Source: Selaginella moellendorffii | Lineage: Eukaryota > Plantae > Lycopodiophyta | Assembly (NCBI RefSeq): GCF_000143415.4 | Contig: NW_003314284.1 | Location: forward strand, 1,036,693 to 1,100,692 | Reading direction: 5' to 3' | Length of the DNA stretch: 64,000 bases | In this document: positions 45,391 to 58,642 of the stretch, in pieces | How positions within the stretch are numbered: the stretch's first letter is position 1 | Layout of the letters: each line of letters begins with the position of its first letter | The notes under the pieces: generated by a model | The model's database searches: none | The model's input: the letters and a program-made list of their open reading frames with translations, nothing else | Told to the model about the DNA's origin: nothing | Translations under genes and position numbers: made by a program

Positions 45391-47181
45391 ATGGATCGCA
45401 GGGAATGCCTCGCGCTGATGCGGTCGTGCACGAGCCTGCCCGCGGCGCAGGCGATCCACACCCGTGCGCGCGCGCATTTTTCGGTCCGCGATGTTTTCGC
45501 GTGGAACAAGCTGATCGAGATGTATGGGCGATGCGGCAGCGCGTCCTCCGCTCGCGAGATCTTCGATTCGCTGCCTCTTAAGGACTCCTACTCCTGGGAT
45601 TTCATGCTCGCGGCCTACTCGCGCAATGCCCTCTTTGACGACGCCGCCCGGTTCTTCCCCATAATGCCGCAGTGGAGCCTCGTCTCCTACACGACGGCGA
45701 TGATCGCGAATGCCCAGCTCCGGCATTTCGCCGACGCGCAGCGCATCTTCCACTCGATGCCTGAGTGGGATCTCGTCTCCTCCACCGCGATGCTGGGCGA
45801 ATTGGCCCAGATCGGCCTCCTCGACGACGCCGTGGAGATTTTCCGCGCGATGTTGGAGCGAGACATCCAGGCCTGGAGTGTCTTCCTCTTCGCATTCGCG
45901 CACCATGGCAACCTCAGCGATGCCGCCAGGATCTTCGCGGGGATGCCCGAGAGGAATCTCATCTCGTGCACTGCGATGCTGGTAGCGATCGCGGAGGTGG
46001 GCAGTGCCCGCCTCGTGGAAGAGGCGAGGGATCTATTCCGGAGCCTCCCGGAGCGGGACATAGCGTCGTCGACGGCGATGATTAGGGTTTATGCCCAGAG
46101 CGGGCATTTGGACGAAGCACGGCGCTTGTTCGAATCTATCCCACTACACACCATCGTTCTAAACACCGCGATGTTGGCGGCGTTTGCCCAGAGCGGCGAC
46201 ATCGCTCGTGCAAGACTTGTTTTTGATCAAATGCCCGAGAGAAATCTCATATCATCCAACGCGCTTCTCTCGGGGTATGCCCAGAACGGGCATTGTGACA
46301 AAGCGAAGGAACTGTTCGATTCCATGCAAGAATGGAGCTCCGTTTCGTGGAATACGATCATAACGGCCTACATCCAATCCTCGCAACTTAGAAGCGCGAC
46401 GAAAGTGTTCGCTGCTATGCCCGAGAAGAACATCGTGGCGTGGAACGCGATGATCGCTGCAAATGCCAAGTCTGGGCATTTGGAAGAGGCTAGTTTCTTG
46501 TTTCGAAACGCTCCTGAGTGGAACACAGTTTCGTGGAATACAATCCTCACTGCGTTCGCCCAAAATCGGTGTTTGAGAGAAGCCATGGAAACTTTCGAGA
46601 GAATTCCCGAGAAAAGCAGCATTTCGTGGACTGCCATGCTCTCCGCTTATGCCCAGAACGGGCATCTTGATCGAGCGAGGCTGTTCTTCGATCGAATGCC
46701 GAGCCCGTGCATCGGATCCTGGAACGCAATGCTCGCCAGCTACACAAACAGCGGCTGCTCCAGCGATGCCTTCTCCCTCTTCGACTCCATGAAGATCCTC
46801 GAGACCCCGGACGAAACGAGCTGGATCATCGCGCTCCTCGCGTCGTGCTACGCGGGCGACGTTGGCATTGGCCAGTCTCTCTTCGTGTCGATGGTGGCGG
46901 ATTTCGGGACCCCGGCCAAGAGGATCCACTTCGGCTGCGTGATCAATCTCCTCGGCCGGGCCGGGCACGCCGACGCTGCCCGAGATCTCATCGCCAACAT
47001 GCCCTTCGAGCCGGATCTTCTCCAGTGGCGCTGCTTTCTCGAGACGTGCAAGAAGCAGAAGAATCCCCGGTACAGCGCCGGGGCGGCAAAGCAAATCCTC
47101 GGATTGAACGCCTTGGATGGATCGGTCTACGTTTCCCTGGCATCGGTAGTCCAAAGCTCCCAGCCGGTCTCCGTGTTCTAA
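45391..47181 (+). CDS. PLS-class PPR protein with E domain
   Basis: Intronless 596 aa with ~31-aa repeats (F..MPE.N.VSW..M..AYAQNGHL) and HFGCVINLLGRAG..MPFEPD...W. No DYW domain seen. Confidence 0.95.
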   Translation: MDRRECLALMRSCTSLPAAQAIHTRARAHFSVRDVFAWNKLIEMYGRCGSASSAREIFDSLPLKDSYSWDFMLAAYSRNALFDDAARFFPIMPQWSLVSYTTAMIANAQLRHFADAQRIFHSMPEWDLVSSTAMLGELAQIGLLDDAVEIFRAMLERDIQAWSVFLFAFAHHGNLSDAARIFAGMPERNLISCTAMLVAIAEVGSARLVEEARDLFRSLPERDIASSTAMIRVYAQSGHLDEARRLFESIPLHTIVLNTAMLAAFAQSGDIARARLVFDQMPERNLISSNALLSGYAQNGHCDKAKELFDSMQEWSSVSWNTIITAYIQSSQLRSATKVFAAMPEKNIVAWNAMIAANAKSGHLEEASFLFRNAPEWNTVSWNTILTAFAQNRCLREAMETFERIPEKSSISWTAMLSAYAQNGHLDRARLFFDRMPSPCIGSWNAMLASYTNSGCSSDAFSLFDSMKILETPDETSWIIALLASCYAGDVGIGQSLFVSMVADFGTPAKRIHFGCVINLLGRAGHADAARDLIANMPFEPDLLQWRCFLETCKKQKNPRYSAGAAKQILGLNALDGSVYVSLASVVQSSQPVSVF

Positions 47182-47967
47182 GGAATCATCGCCGTGGATC
47201 ACGGGACCACCGAGACAACAGCTCCAAATGGCAGATACTTTTTCATTCCATAGGGTGAGATGATCCTCGATTCGATCGATGTATGGGTGGAAGTGGAGGC
47301 TTGTTCCATCAAACTTTTACAGCCACTGTCACTACTGGGCCAATGATTTCTAGATCAAGCACAGCGACGAGGGCTCCTTTTTAAATTTTATTTTCGCGGA
47401 TACTATATGGTCCACCTGCCCTGTCAAGGCATTTGGTGGTCCTTTGGCCCGATCCAACTCCATCCACGTTGCTAGCACCCAAGAATTTATTATCAACCAG
47501 AGTTCCCATGGGCAAAGTGCTTGTTTGTTTGTGTATTTCTTCGCATATGCATTGGGGAAATTTAACAACCCTAAGTAAAGCCAATAAAAGGGTGACACGC
47601 GTCAAGGGGACAAAATGGAACTATAATCCATGATCTCCATTGCTTTAACCCTTTAGGCTACCTTTAGTTTATTTGGAGCGAGTTGAGAAGGAGGTCTCGA
47701 GATTGTGGCTATGGCGCACTCGCCGCGGCTGCGGCGCCTCTGGCAATCGGATGGCTCCTCCTGCTCCTCCCGCCGCTGCATTGCGCAGGAATTCGCGATC
47801 CAGGGCCGGTCAAAGGGCTTGTGATCGCGGTCAGCAGCGGAGATCTGCGAAATCCCCGGAGGAGGGCCAGGAAATCGGTAAGCGTGCTAGGATTTCGGGG
47901 ACCCCGGTCTTAGAAAGCGAGCTAGGGAAGGAGGAGTAGAAAGAACAAGAACGAGGGAGCTATTTCC

Positions 47968-49074
47968 ATGGCAACGGCCATCGCAATGGACATAGACGAG
48001 TGCGAGGCGGCGGCCAAGGCCAAGACGGCAGCACCGCTGTCGATCAACAAGTCGTCGGGGAGCAAAATCTCCAAGAGTTCATCGTCGTCGATGAGGCGGC
48101 CGATGCTCCAGCCCTCCAAGCCGCTGCCCACTTCCAAGGTCTATAACACGGACCCCATGAGCTTCCGAGAGCTGGTCCAACAGCTCACGGGGAATAGTTC
48201 CACTGGAACTAGTGGCGGTGGTGGCGGTGGCGGTGGTAGTGATGTCGGCGCTGGCGGCGGAGGAGGAGGATCTCTCCAGCAGCAAACTTCCACTGGGTTC
48301 TCCGAGCAGGCCATGAATCCAGGGATGATGGGAGTTTCTTCGCAGCAGCAATACCATCACCACCACTACCAACAGCAGCAGCAACATCAGCAGCAGCCAA
48401 GCTTGGTGGTGGTGTCGGATCCAGCGGCGCTTGTTTCTAGCCCAGGAACTGGAGGAGGAGTTCTTTCTCCTCACTCGAGCGCCAGGCCGGTCAACAGCCG
48501 GTTGCAAAGGATGGCACCTCCGCCGCTACGTCCCACATTCTCGATCTCCCCGTTCGCCCACAAGCTGGCGCAGCACCAGCAGCAGCACCAGCAGCAGCAG
48601 CTTAGCGGGCCTTCCAGCGGAGAAATTCACGCCGCCACCGCCGGCCACTCCGCCGCCACCTCCAACGTCGTTACGTCCGAGAACTTGACGTCCCCCGGAG
48701 CCCAGCCGCTGTCGCCGCTCTCCAACAAGCGCGTGTCGACAATGCCGCTGCTCTCCTTCTCGCCGCTGCCCGTGCTCTCGCCCAGCGACACCGCCTGGGC
48801 CAGCTTCGAGTCGCCCAACACCGCCGCCATGAAGCAGCTCGCGCAGTCGATCATCGATGGCAGCAGCAAGGGGAGTGGCTTTGCCGGGAGCCGCTTCCCG
48901 TGGTCGCCGACGTTCCAAGGCTGCCTCGGCCTCCCCAGCCCGGGTCTCCCGGTGCCCGAGCTCTTCCCGGAAGTCAAGATGATCGACTCCCCCGAGAACG
49001 CCAGGAAGACTGCCGCCACCGCCGCCTCCTCCACTGGCAACGACTTCAGTTTCCCAGAGATTCGAGAGAGTTGA
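47968..49074 (+). CDS. VQ-motif protein
   Basis: TDPMSFRELVQQLTG motif. Intronless, with many SP sites. Confidence 0.93.
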   Translation: MATAIAMDIDECEAAAKAKTAAPLSINKSSGSKISKSSSSSMRRPMLQPSKPLPTSKVYNTDPMSFRELVQQLTGNSSTGTSGGGGGGGGSDVGAGGGGGGSLQQQTSTGFSEQAMNPGMMGVSSQQQYHHHHYQQQQQHQQQPSLVVVSDPAALVSSPGTGGGVLSPHSSARPVNSRLQRMAPPPLRPTFSISPFAHKLAQHQQQHQQQQLSGPSSGEIHAATAGHSAATSNVVTSENLTSPGAQPLSPLSNKRVSTMPLLSFSPLPVLSPSDTAWASFESPNTAAMKQLAQSIIDGSSKGSGFAGSRFPWSPTFQGCLGLPSPGLPVPELFPEVKMIDSPENARKTAATAASSTGNDFSFPEIRES

Positions 49075-49862
49075 CAGTGGCGCCGGCATTGACGGATCGA
49101 GGATTCGGAGCTACGACTGTGTTGATCGAGGAGGAGCTCCGTTGGGCGATCAAGAAGCAGCTAAGTTTGTCACACTGGTGGTTCTTTACGTACATACGAC
49201 GATGTTTTTGATGGTTTTGGGATTGAAGGTGGCGGTGCTTGGTGGTGGTGTTCTTGGGGGAGAAGCTCTTCAGGGATTTGGCCGGGCGCTGGGCTCTCTT
49301 TTTTTTTATTCGCAAGAGAGAGCTTGGAGCTCGCCGGTCATCAAGGAAAAGAGAAAGCATTGTATATTCGTTCGAGTCAGTTTGTCGGGTCAGTCTTTCC
49401 TTTGGTATTTTTCTTCCTTTTGTGGAAGAAAGCTTCTTCGTCGTCGTCTTGCTGGAATCGGATAACTACGCTCTTTTTTCTTTGCTCGAAATGACGAATA
49501 AAAGAGAGGAATTTAAAGCTGCGAGTGAGGAGACTTCCACACCGAGTGGTTTTAAGGCGCGTAAAAGGAAGGAAATGAAAAATATTCTTCTACCTTCACT
49601 TTCGCTGGGGAAAGTGATTCGTGAAATCTTCGTACGGAAGACAATGGGCTGGATGAATCATCAAAATCCAAGTACTAGTCATCTCAAGAACCTTTGTCCT
49701 TTCGTCACGCAAAGATTGGGTGGAAAACTTCTCTCGAGTGTTGTGTTGTACCGCATTTGGAGTTGAACGTACAAATCTTGCAAATCCACCGAAACCAAAA
49801 AAAAAAAAAGAAAAGTATCCAAACGTGAGAGGTACCTCAAGGCAAGTAAAACGATTGTGATG

Positions 49863-51981
49863 TTATTTCACATATAAGTTGCTTCCTGGGATATATCCGT
49901 CCAGGCACAAGTCGTTCTCAAAAAAACCATGCTCTTGCTCCTGGAGGAGAAACAAAACATGAAAACCATCGCATGGAAAGAGACAAAGGAGAAGAACATC
50001 CAGACCTGTTTGTAGGGTTGTAAGCCGACTAGCTCATCCTGCGCGTGGTGCGCTTGCGGGAACTGATTCGGCGCGGAGTCGTATTCCTCCTGCTTCACTT
50101 TGTAAGAGCCAGAGCTGTTTGAGATAATCCGGGGGCAATTCATCATTCCCAGATACTCGTGACAATCCCCAGTCCCCGAGCTGCCGTATGGAACTAGAGT
50201 GTCGTGGATGAACTCTTGCGATCCCTGCTGCTCTTGCTGCTGCTGCTGCTGCTGCTGCTGTCCCTGCCAGCTTATTTGGCTTGCTATCCCAAATGCTGCC
50301 GACGAGCCTCCCTCCCAGCTGCCTAGAGAGTCGGCCTCCTCGCACTTAACTATGCCAGTGTTCATGCCTGGAATGTTTGGCTTTGCCAAACCGCTGTTCA
50401 TCAAAACCGAGATCCCGTCCCCTGTTGCAGACGCGACAATGCTTCCACCGAAGCCCCTGCCGATGATACCATCGTCCAAGGTGGTGCCTCGCGTGCCGAT
50501 GTCGCCAGTGTCTTTGCTGTAATGTGAATAGTCTATGTAGCTGTCTTGCTTTTGGTTGTAAGGCTGCAGAAGTTGTATCTGTGTGTGCTGCTGTTGCTGT
50601 TGCTGAATTATTTGCTCTGTCAAAGGATTGGACTGCGAAGCCGAAGTCGCGAGGATTCCTTCTTGCACGGGTCTCATCTGTGGAACCTGTGATTGTTGGA
50701 GCTGCTCCATATCACCGACACCCAGCAAAAGGCCTCTTTGGTTGTTTGGTGGGATGCTGCGGGGCCGGACGACGAGGACTGGTGGATCGACAACACCGTT
50801 TGTCGCTGCGGGATCATTGGACGAGCAAAGCGTCCGGAGGTAGACGGAGCGAAGAGCCGCCAGAGCTTGAGAAGATCCTGGCGTGATGATGGGATGAGGT
50901 TGCAAGTTGTCGATTGCGTTGTAAGACGGGTCCGAGCCGAGCGGCATGCTCATTGTGACGGCATTTTGCTGTTGTGCCACGCTCAGCCGCTTCAAATAGA
51001 GTCTGTACTTCTGCGGTAGGAAGAGTCACTCAAGGAAAAATATAAAACCGCAAAAGAGTGAGAGCTCACCTGGAGATGGCTAGCAACATTCTCCCTCGTC
51101 AGGCCTTGAACATTCATCAGTTCCAAGATCCTCTTAGGCACAGCTTCTATCAACAATACGGGGTTTAGAACAAGACAAGGAAACCAAAAACAAAAAAATA
51201 TGTACGTACTGTCTATTCCTAGTTGATTGACAGCCGTAACGAACTGTTGATGCAACTCCACGGACCAGACCACCCTTGGCTTTTTAAGCGTGTTCGAGTC
51301 GTCCATGTCGAGCTCAAACTCGTCGTCATCTTCTTTTATTTCTTTCCGCTTCTTAGAGCCTGCCGCTGCAGCAGATCCTGCCGCTGGCATCGAATCTCCC
51401 TCGTCAGGCTTGCGCTTCTGTCTGTCATGGTCGGCACCGTCAGCGTCCTTGAGGATGTTCCTCTTCCTCCGAAAGACATGTTGCCAGATGTTTTTGAGCT
51501 CTTTGATCCGGATTGGTTTGAGAAGGTAATCGCACGCACCATGTATAATCCCTTTCATGACGAGGCTCGTCTCGCCATTCGCAGACATCACTGCGGAGCA
51601 AAGCCAAAAAACGTAAGAACTTTTAAAGGCAAAAGCCAAACTTACTTATGACCGGAAGATCCATCTCAAGCCCAACAAGCTCAAGAAGCTTGAACCCGTC
51701 CATGTCCGGCATGCAGACATCACTAAGTACCACATCGAAGCGCTCCTTGTTTTCTCTAAGCATCGCAAGTGCCAGGCGTGCCATGCCGCAAGTGGTCACT
51801 ACAGTGAGCAGAGCACAAGAAAAAGCAAAGCCAGTGTAAGATAGAAAGCGAAAGGAAGAAAAAAAAGTTCGAACGTACCATCGTAGGCGCAACGAAGCAG
51901 CATCTTCTTAAGAATTGCTAGGCAAGTTCTGTCGTCATCCACAACCAACACCCGCAATCCGGCCGGAAATTGGTCACCCAT
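49863..51981 (-). CDS. Type-B response regulator (ARR-B)
   Basis: [41 protein letters not shown] domain [25 protein letters not shown]|KYR and a Q-rich C-terminus. Confidence 0.96.
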
Positions 51982-52659
51982 GTCCCTTTCGCTCGCTTGA
52001 ATTCGCATACAAAAATCCCAAGAGCTCGATGACGACGATCTTCTCTTCTACAGCGTCGCTGCGCGAATGTGTGTCCACCAACACGAAGATTTGGCAAGGT
52101 TTTCCCCCATCCCCAGTGATTTTGATAAAGAACTTCACGTTCCCTTTCCCTGCATGGATTTCCAACTATCGCTGCTACCGCTAGCCATCGTCGAGCCCCA
52201 GGAGCCAAGAATGCTACCTCCGCGGAGCTCTAAAACCCCCTCCGGATCACGCACGGCAGACTACCTCAAACCTGGTGGAATCGCGCGCTGGATCTGCGGC
52301 GCCGCGGCCGAGAGCGCGCGGCATTCGCATTGGCACGGCATCGATCGCCGCCGACCTCCACCCCCGTCGCGCCCTTGCCCGCCCGCCCGCTGGACGCCAT
52401 AGCCGGGACGAGGATATACTATAGCATGATTATGAGGCATTCAACTGAAATGGAGTGGGGGCCATGGCGTCCGGCGCATGATAAGCCGTTATGACATGCT
52501 GAGGGGGCAAGATGCTGATTGGACATGCCACGCAAGCTCCACGTCACTCTATGCTTTTTTGGCCTTGTACGGTAGCTAGAGTACGGCATTTTAATTCTAC
52601 ACAGCTTTTAGGGTTCTAGGGGAAGTGTGTGTTTGAATTTATTTTGGGAGCTCCGGGCG

Positions 52660-55600
52660 ATGGAGCCGGATCATCCATGGAGGGCGGAGTACGCCAAATC
52701 ATCGCGCGCAGCCTGCGGCGCCTGCCACGATAAGATCGACAAGGATGAGCTGCGCCTTGGGAGGATGGTTGAATCGCCAAAATTTGACGGATGGATCCCT
52801 GTAAGTGCTTGTTCTTGGTTTTTTCTAGCTCATCCTTGGAGAATGTAGGTTTGGCACCACTACTCATGCATCGCGAGGAAGAAGAACACCATCTCGTCGT
52901 ACGTTTGTTTTTTAGATTGCGGAAAGGTTTGAGCTTCCTTTCTCCTTTTTTCTTTTGGATTGCTCAGGATAGAGGATGTGGACGGATTCGATAACTTGCG
53001 CTGGGGAGATCAGAAGAAACTGCGGAAGTACATCGAAGGTGATGAAGCAGGAGCGCTGGAAGATAATGAGGAAGAAGTCGAGGAGGCGGCAGCGCCTGCG
53101 GAGGATTTGCCGAGTAAGAGCAAGAAGAAAGGAACGAAAGAGAAAGGGAAACAGAAGATAGAACAAGAAGAGGAGACATCGAGCTTTGAACACACCATCG
53201 AGATTGCCAAGGCTTCTCGAGCGATATGCCGAGTTTGCAAGGAGAAGCTAGTAAAAGGAGAGGTAAGCTTTTGTAGATGCTCCTTGGCAACGCTAAATTT
53301 GTGCAGTGCTGTGTGTAGGCTCGCATTTCCACTGTGGAGAATGAGAAGTACAGGAGTCCGACCTTCAGGCATGCCAAGTGCTTCGTGGAATTTTTTTCCT
53401 GGGATCAGCCCATCGAGGAGCTTGACGGATGGGACACGCTTGATGAGTCGGAGCAGAAGGTCGTTCACGACGCTGTTGAGCCTTTCCTAAAACTCACACA
53501 AGGTAGCCTCTTGTTTCAACTTTCGTATTAGTGTTTAAGACCAGTCTTAACAGAAAACAAGGAAGAAATCAAAGAAGAGAAGGAAGAGGAACAGGAGAAG
53601 CTACAGGAAGAGAAGAAGGCAAAGCGGCAGTTGGAAGCGTCCGGTGATGATCAAAGCTCAAAGAAGAAGCAAAAAGTGTCAGACGACTTTGAGAAGAAAA
53701 TGGAGCAACAGACAAAGGCACTCTGGACTCTTCAGGATGACTTGGAAAGGAACGTCTCACTTGATGAAATGAAAGAGATGCTTGAGATCAACAACGGAGC
53801 CATGTCTAAATCGGACAAAGAGATTCGCGAGCGCTGGTACGTCTTAGACGGCATCGAGTTGATTTAACTTTGTGCTTCTTGCAGTGCCGATGGGATGATG
53901 TTTGGACCTTTCAAACCTTGTCCGCAGTGTGGCGGCCCTCTGCTTTACTCAGGAGGAATGTACTCCTGCCAAGGCCACCTTTCAGAGTGGAGCAGATGTA
54001 ACTTCAAGACATCAGAAGTCCAGCGTCAAGCGAAATGGAAGATTCCCAAAGGCTCGACAAATCCATTCCTCAGACAGGCTAGTCTATTTTGTTTATGTTT
54101 AAGTTGTATTGTGTTCTGACCTCGCGTTTTACCGCAGTGGAACAAAACCCAGAAGACACCAAAAGAACCACGGCTGCTGAGGCCGTCTACTAAAAATCTC
54201 AATTCTGAAGCGCATTTCCTCCGGGGACTTCATGTTTTCTTTTTCGGAGCCATGCAGGAAAAAACTCAGGTTTGTACTTTCTGTGGTCAACATTTTCCTG
54301 AAAATGCTAGTAATGCAGGATGAGTGGAAGGCACTCATAGAAGAGGCAAAAGGTGTTGTTCACAAGACCATGGATCCAGGTGAGGCATAGCTTTCAACTG
54401 AGGTGAGGTGTTTGAAGTACTAACGCTCATCTAATCGCGTAGGCGTCACCGCTATAATTTCTACCGAAGCGGAATTTTTTAAGGACGAAAGCCTAAGGTG
54501 CGCAAGGGTTGGAAGATTGGAATCTTACAAGTTTAACTCGCAGACAACTCAGAATTCCGGCTGTGGGGGAGAGATATTTAACGGAATGCATGAAGATGAA
54601 AAAGCGATTGCCGCTCAAAGACTATCGACTTGAATCTTCGCGTACGAGTACTGCAATGACGAAAGTGAAAGTCAAAGGTCGGAGTGCCGTGCATGAAGAC
54701 TCCGAAATGCAAGATAAAGGCCACGTTTTGGAATCCGGGAGCGTGATATATTCTGTGACTTTGAATAAGTCTGACATCTCGACTGGAAGAAACAGGTGCA
54801 TCTTTCTATGTTTTGTGATGATCCTGACTTGAGATATGACTTTACAGTTGTTACGTGCTCCAAATTATCGAAGAAGACAAGGGAAATGCTTGCTATGTCT
54901 TTCGAAAATGGGGTCGTGTTGCTTCTGAGAGGGGGCACACGAAACTGGAGGCTTTCTCAAAACAAGGGGCCATAGAAGAGTTCGAGAAGGGATTTCTGGA
55001 TAAGACGGGGAATGAATGGCACTCATGGGTGCGAAAGACGGGGTTTCAGAAAGTCCCAGGAAAATATTATCCCGTAGAAATCGTAAGAACCTGTCTTTTT
55101 TTCTCTCTCTCTCTTTTCGTTTTTGATTTAGCTCGTGTGTTGCAGGACTATGGAGCTGATGAAGCACCTCAGAAAGAGTTAGCTGCTGTTCCTGGATCAA
55201 AGAGCAACCTTCATCCGAGGGTTGTCAACTTGATGAAGATGCTCTTTGACATTGAGACATACAAGTAAGTCTTCTGCTTTTACTCGTGCTTTTTTTAGTT
55301 ACTGTGTTTGCTCTTTGAAGGTCCGCCATGCTGGAGTTCGAAATTAATCCAAATGAAATGCCACTTGGGAAACTAACCAAAGCGCACATTGCAAAGGGTA
55401 CGATTGTGGTGTTCGTAGATTTCTTATCTATTGTTTCGTTCAGGATTTGATGTGCTCACCCGTATACAAAACGTGTTAAAACGAGAGCAACAAGATCCTC
55501 GGCGTCAAGTGGAACTTATTGACGGAAGCAACCAATTCAACACTCTGATCCCTTCGACTCACCCCACTCTAATAGACGACGAGGATGTTCTGAAAACGAA

Positions 55601-56707
55601 GGTGAGCTTAACCATCAAACACCGGAGCTTAAAGCTAAACTTTTTTCGTTTGCAGATTCAAATGCTTGAGGCATTGAGGGACATTGAAATTGCGTCGCAG
55701 CTCATTAAGTCTGCGGATGAAGATGATGAGTCGGATCCACTGGACGTGCATTACAAGAAGCTCAAGTGCGCTGTTTCGCCAGTTCCACATGATAGCCCCG
55801 AGTTTGAGCTCGTTAAGAACTACCTGGAAAGGACTCACGCACCAACGCATACGGTATGGACTTCACTTTCTGTCTCGACAATCGCCTGAGAAATGTTGGT
55901 TTTGTAGGAATGGGGACTGGAAGTCGAGGACGTTTTTGTTGTCAGTAGAGATGGAGAGCACGATCTGTACGCTCCAATGAAATCAACGCTTAAGAATCGT
56001 ATGCTGCTATGGCACGGTATGTTTGTCCTCAATGAGGCATTGTCTTGACGGCTCCTGTTTGTGATGAAAAGGTTCACGCACTACAAACTTCGTGGGAATT
56101 TTGAGCCAAGGCTTACGGATAGCCCCCCCTGAAGCACCGGCTACTGGCTATATGGTATACTGTCTAGTATTCCAAACCGACTCATTTAGCTCTTATCTGT
56201 CACGTTTTTGTAGTTTGGCAAAGGTGTGTACTTTGCGGACCTGGTGAGCAAGAGCGCGCAGTACTGCTTCACGAACAGGTCCAATCCAGTGGGGCTGATG
56301 CTACTGTCCGAGGTTGCTCTTGGAGACATTAAAGAGTATACACACGCACAGGTATATATATCTATTCAAGCAACAGGCTCTGCGGAAAGCTTCTCTAACG
56401 CCCCGCTTTCAATCAGTACATGGAGAAGCCTCCGGCTGGATACATGGCCACGAAAGGAGTCGGGAGGACAATGCCCGATCCCAGCGAATTCAAGGAGTTT
56501 GACGATGGAGTCGTTGTCCCGTGCGGGCGTCCTGTGCCGTCTCAAGTTCGCAGCGACTTGCTGTACAACGAGTTCATTGTGTACAGTACCTCACAGGTTT
56601 GTAGTTTTTCTTAGCGCTTCTTCTGTGGGTGCTTAAATTCTTCCCTTGTCGTTGTGCAGATCCAGCTAAGGTTCCTGCTAAAGGTCCGGTTTAAGTACAA
56701 GAGGTGA
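52660..56707 (+). CDS. PARP1: Poly(ADP-ribose) polymerase 1-type
   Basis: Two PARP zinc fingers ([10 protein letters not shown]; [10 protein letters not shown]), Zn3 ([17 protein letters not shown]), BRCT-like region, WGR, regulatory domain, and catalytic LWHG|[21 protein letters not shown]. Confidence 0.96.
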
Positions 56708-56999
56708 AACACTGTAGATAGTCACGATCATTTTTTGTTATATATGCCTCGTTTGCGTTAAGGATGTTCGCTTCTCCTGTTTTTAAGTTCAAGGCTCATT
56801 GATTGAGTGCTGCTTTGAGTGAGTGTGATCCTACTGTGGTAGTGGCTATGTCACGATGAGCTGATGATCTCTGTTCGCGGTCTTTTGCTCCTTGGTACTT
56901 GTACGATGTTTGCGGCTCGGGAGTTTGGCATACATTCACTGCAAGCGCACAGTTAATAAGACGATGAAAGATTTGCTCACCCCAGGGGATCAGAACATC

Positions 57000-58570
57000 A
57001 TGATGTAACCAAAGTGTCGTTTAGAAAAGACAGGCGCTCTGTGCTCATGAACCTCTCCTCTGCAGGAAGAACAGTTCTTGTCCTGCAATTGTGAAAGCTT
57101 ATCAAGTTCAATGCTTGGAGACTTCTTTTCAGCTGGACCCTTGGGACAATCCGGCAATGCGCATGCTTCTGCAGAGTGATGACTATAATTTGCTCCAATC
57201 CATATATCACCCCACCATAGATTCCACCAAGCCCTGATGTTAAGAAGAACAAGTTTTGCGATACTTGATTGAGGAAAGACTAAATATGTTCTGAAGCATG
57301 CGTTCCTGGGAAAGAACAGGGGGGAATTTTTGAGCGTCTCATTGCATGTCTCTCTTTAACAGGCAATGCAAAAACACGAGCTTGAAGCTTCTGGACAGTA
57401 TAACTCGGGGAGAATTGACTGGAAAACCGGGTCGAATAGATAAAGTTAATCACATACAATAACTGCCACCAAATGATCTCTGCTCGGATCATGAGTCCCA
57501 TGTTTTGCTGTGTGGTGATCGACTTTCTCCATTAAATGCCATGGCCTGCGATTGCTTCAGCTCTTGATCTTGACTTTGTCCAGAGGGAGATCCTGGAGGC
57601 TTTCACGAAAAAATGCGGCATACAGTACTCTCTCCACAAGGGTTCTGAATGAAGGAGATGTTTGTGGCTCTGGAGTTCGCTGCATACCATTCACTGCAAG
57701 CAAAACATACAATGAAAGATCCTATCAGAAACAGAAACAGAACACGAGTTAACCAAAGTGATGTTAAGCAAAATCTTGTTAAGAGACTTACACATGAACC
57801 TGATCAACCAAACTCCTACAAATATAATTTCAATCCTTGAAGGCTTCCAAACGAGGGATTTTCGGGCCTTTGGGACAATCCGGCAATGGCATTATTCTTG
57901 AGTGTGATGACTACTATAATTTTGCTCTCATCCATATATCGCCCCACCATTGATTTCACCAAGCCCTGATGTTTAAAAGAACAATTTTTTGCTTTCAGAT
58001 TCAAGAAAGAAAAAACAGTTTGAAACAAACCACCGCATCTATACGGGTCTGTAGCACACATAAAAAGGCGTCGTCATAGTTGAGGAAATACCACATTGTT
58101 TCTGAAGCATAGGCATCATCGTCTTGTACGCGTTCCTGGGAAATAACAAGGGTTCAGATCTGAACAGTAAAACGAGAGACTACCTGGTGGGAATCGTACA
58201 ATATACTCTCTTCGGTCTCGGGAACTATCGAGCGTCTCATTGCCATGCCTCTCTTGCACGAATACAAATATACGGGCTTGAAACTTCTGGCCAGTATAAA
58301 GTATAAATCTGGTATACTGGTAAACTTTAAACTCCCTCCAGTCAAACGATAGCGTCTTATCATAAAGTTCGCGATCCATCCTGGTCAGGGCAGCATCAAA
58401 AGCATACAAAGAGATGAGATGACAAATCTTTGGAACGCATCCTCCAGAGCGGGCTTGACGTCACAAAAATCCGTTCCAAGAGCCCCGGGCCATACCGTGG
58501 AGAGAATACTCCATTCAAAGAGACCGTCGACAACCAAAAGCATATGGCCGTTGACCATTTTGACCATCGT
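57000..58570 (-). pseudogene. Degenerate duplicated orphan gene fragments
   Basis: ~57140-57250 resembles ~57870-57985, and ~57290-57430 resembles ~58100-58310. Only short interrupted ORFs. Confidence 0.4.
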
Positions 58571-58642
58571 TGACTAAGCAGCTCAAACTTTCATGCTGGT
58601 TGTGGTTTTCTAGATCGAAGCATCATGGTTGAATTGATAGAA

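Noticed and set aside
47181-47352. Frameshifted DYW domain after the PPR E domain
   Set aside because: No HxE or CxxC deaminase motif in any frame I read.
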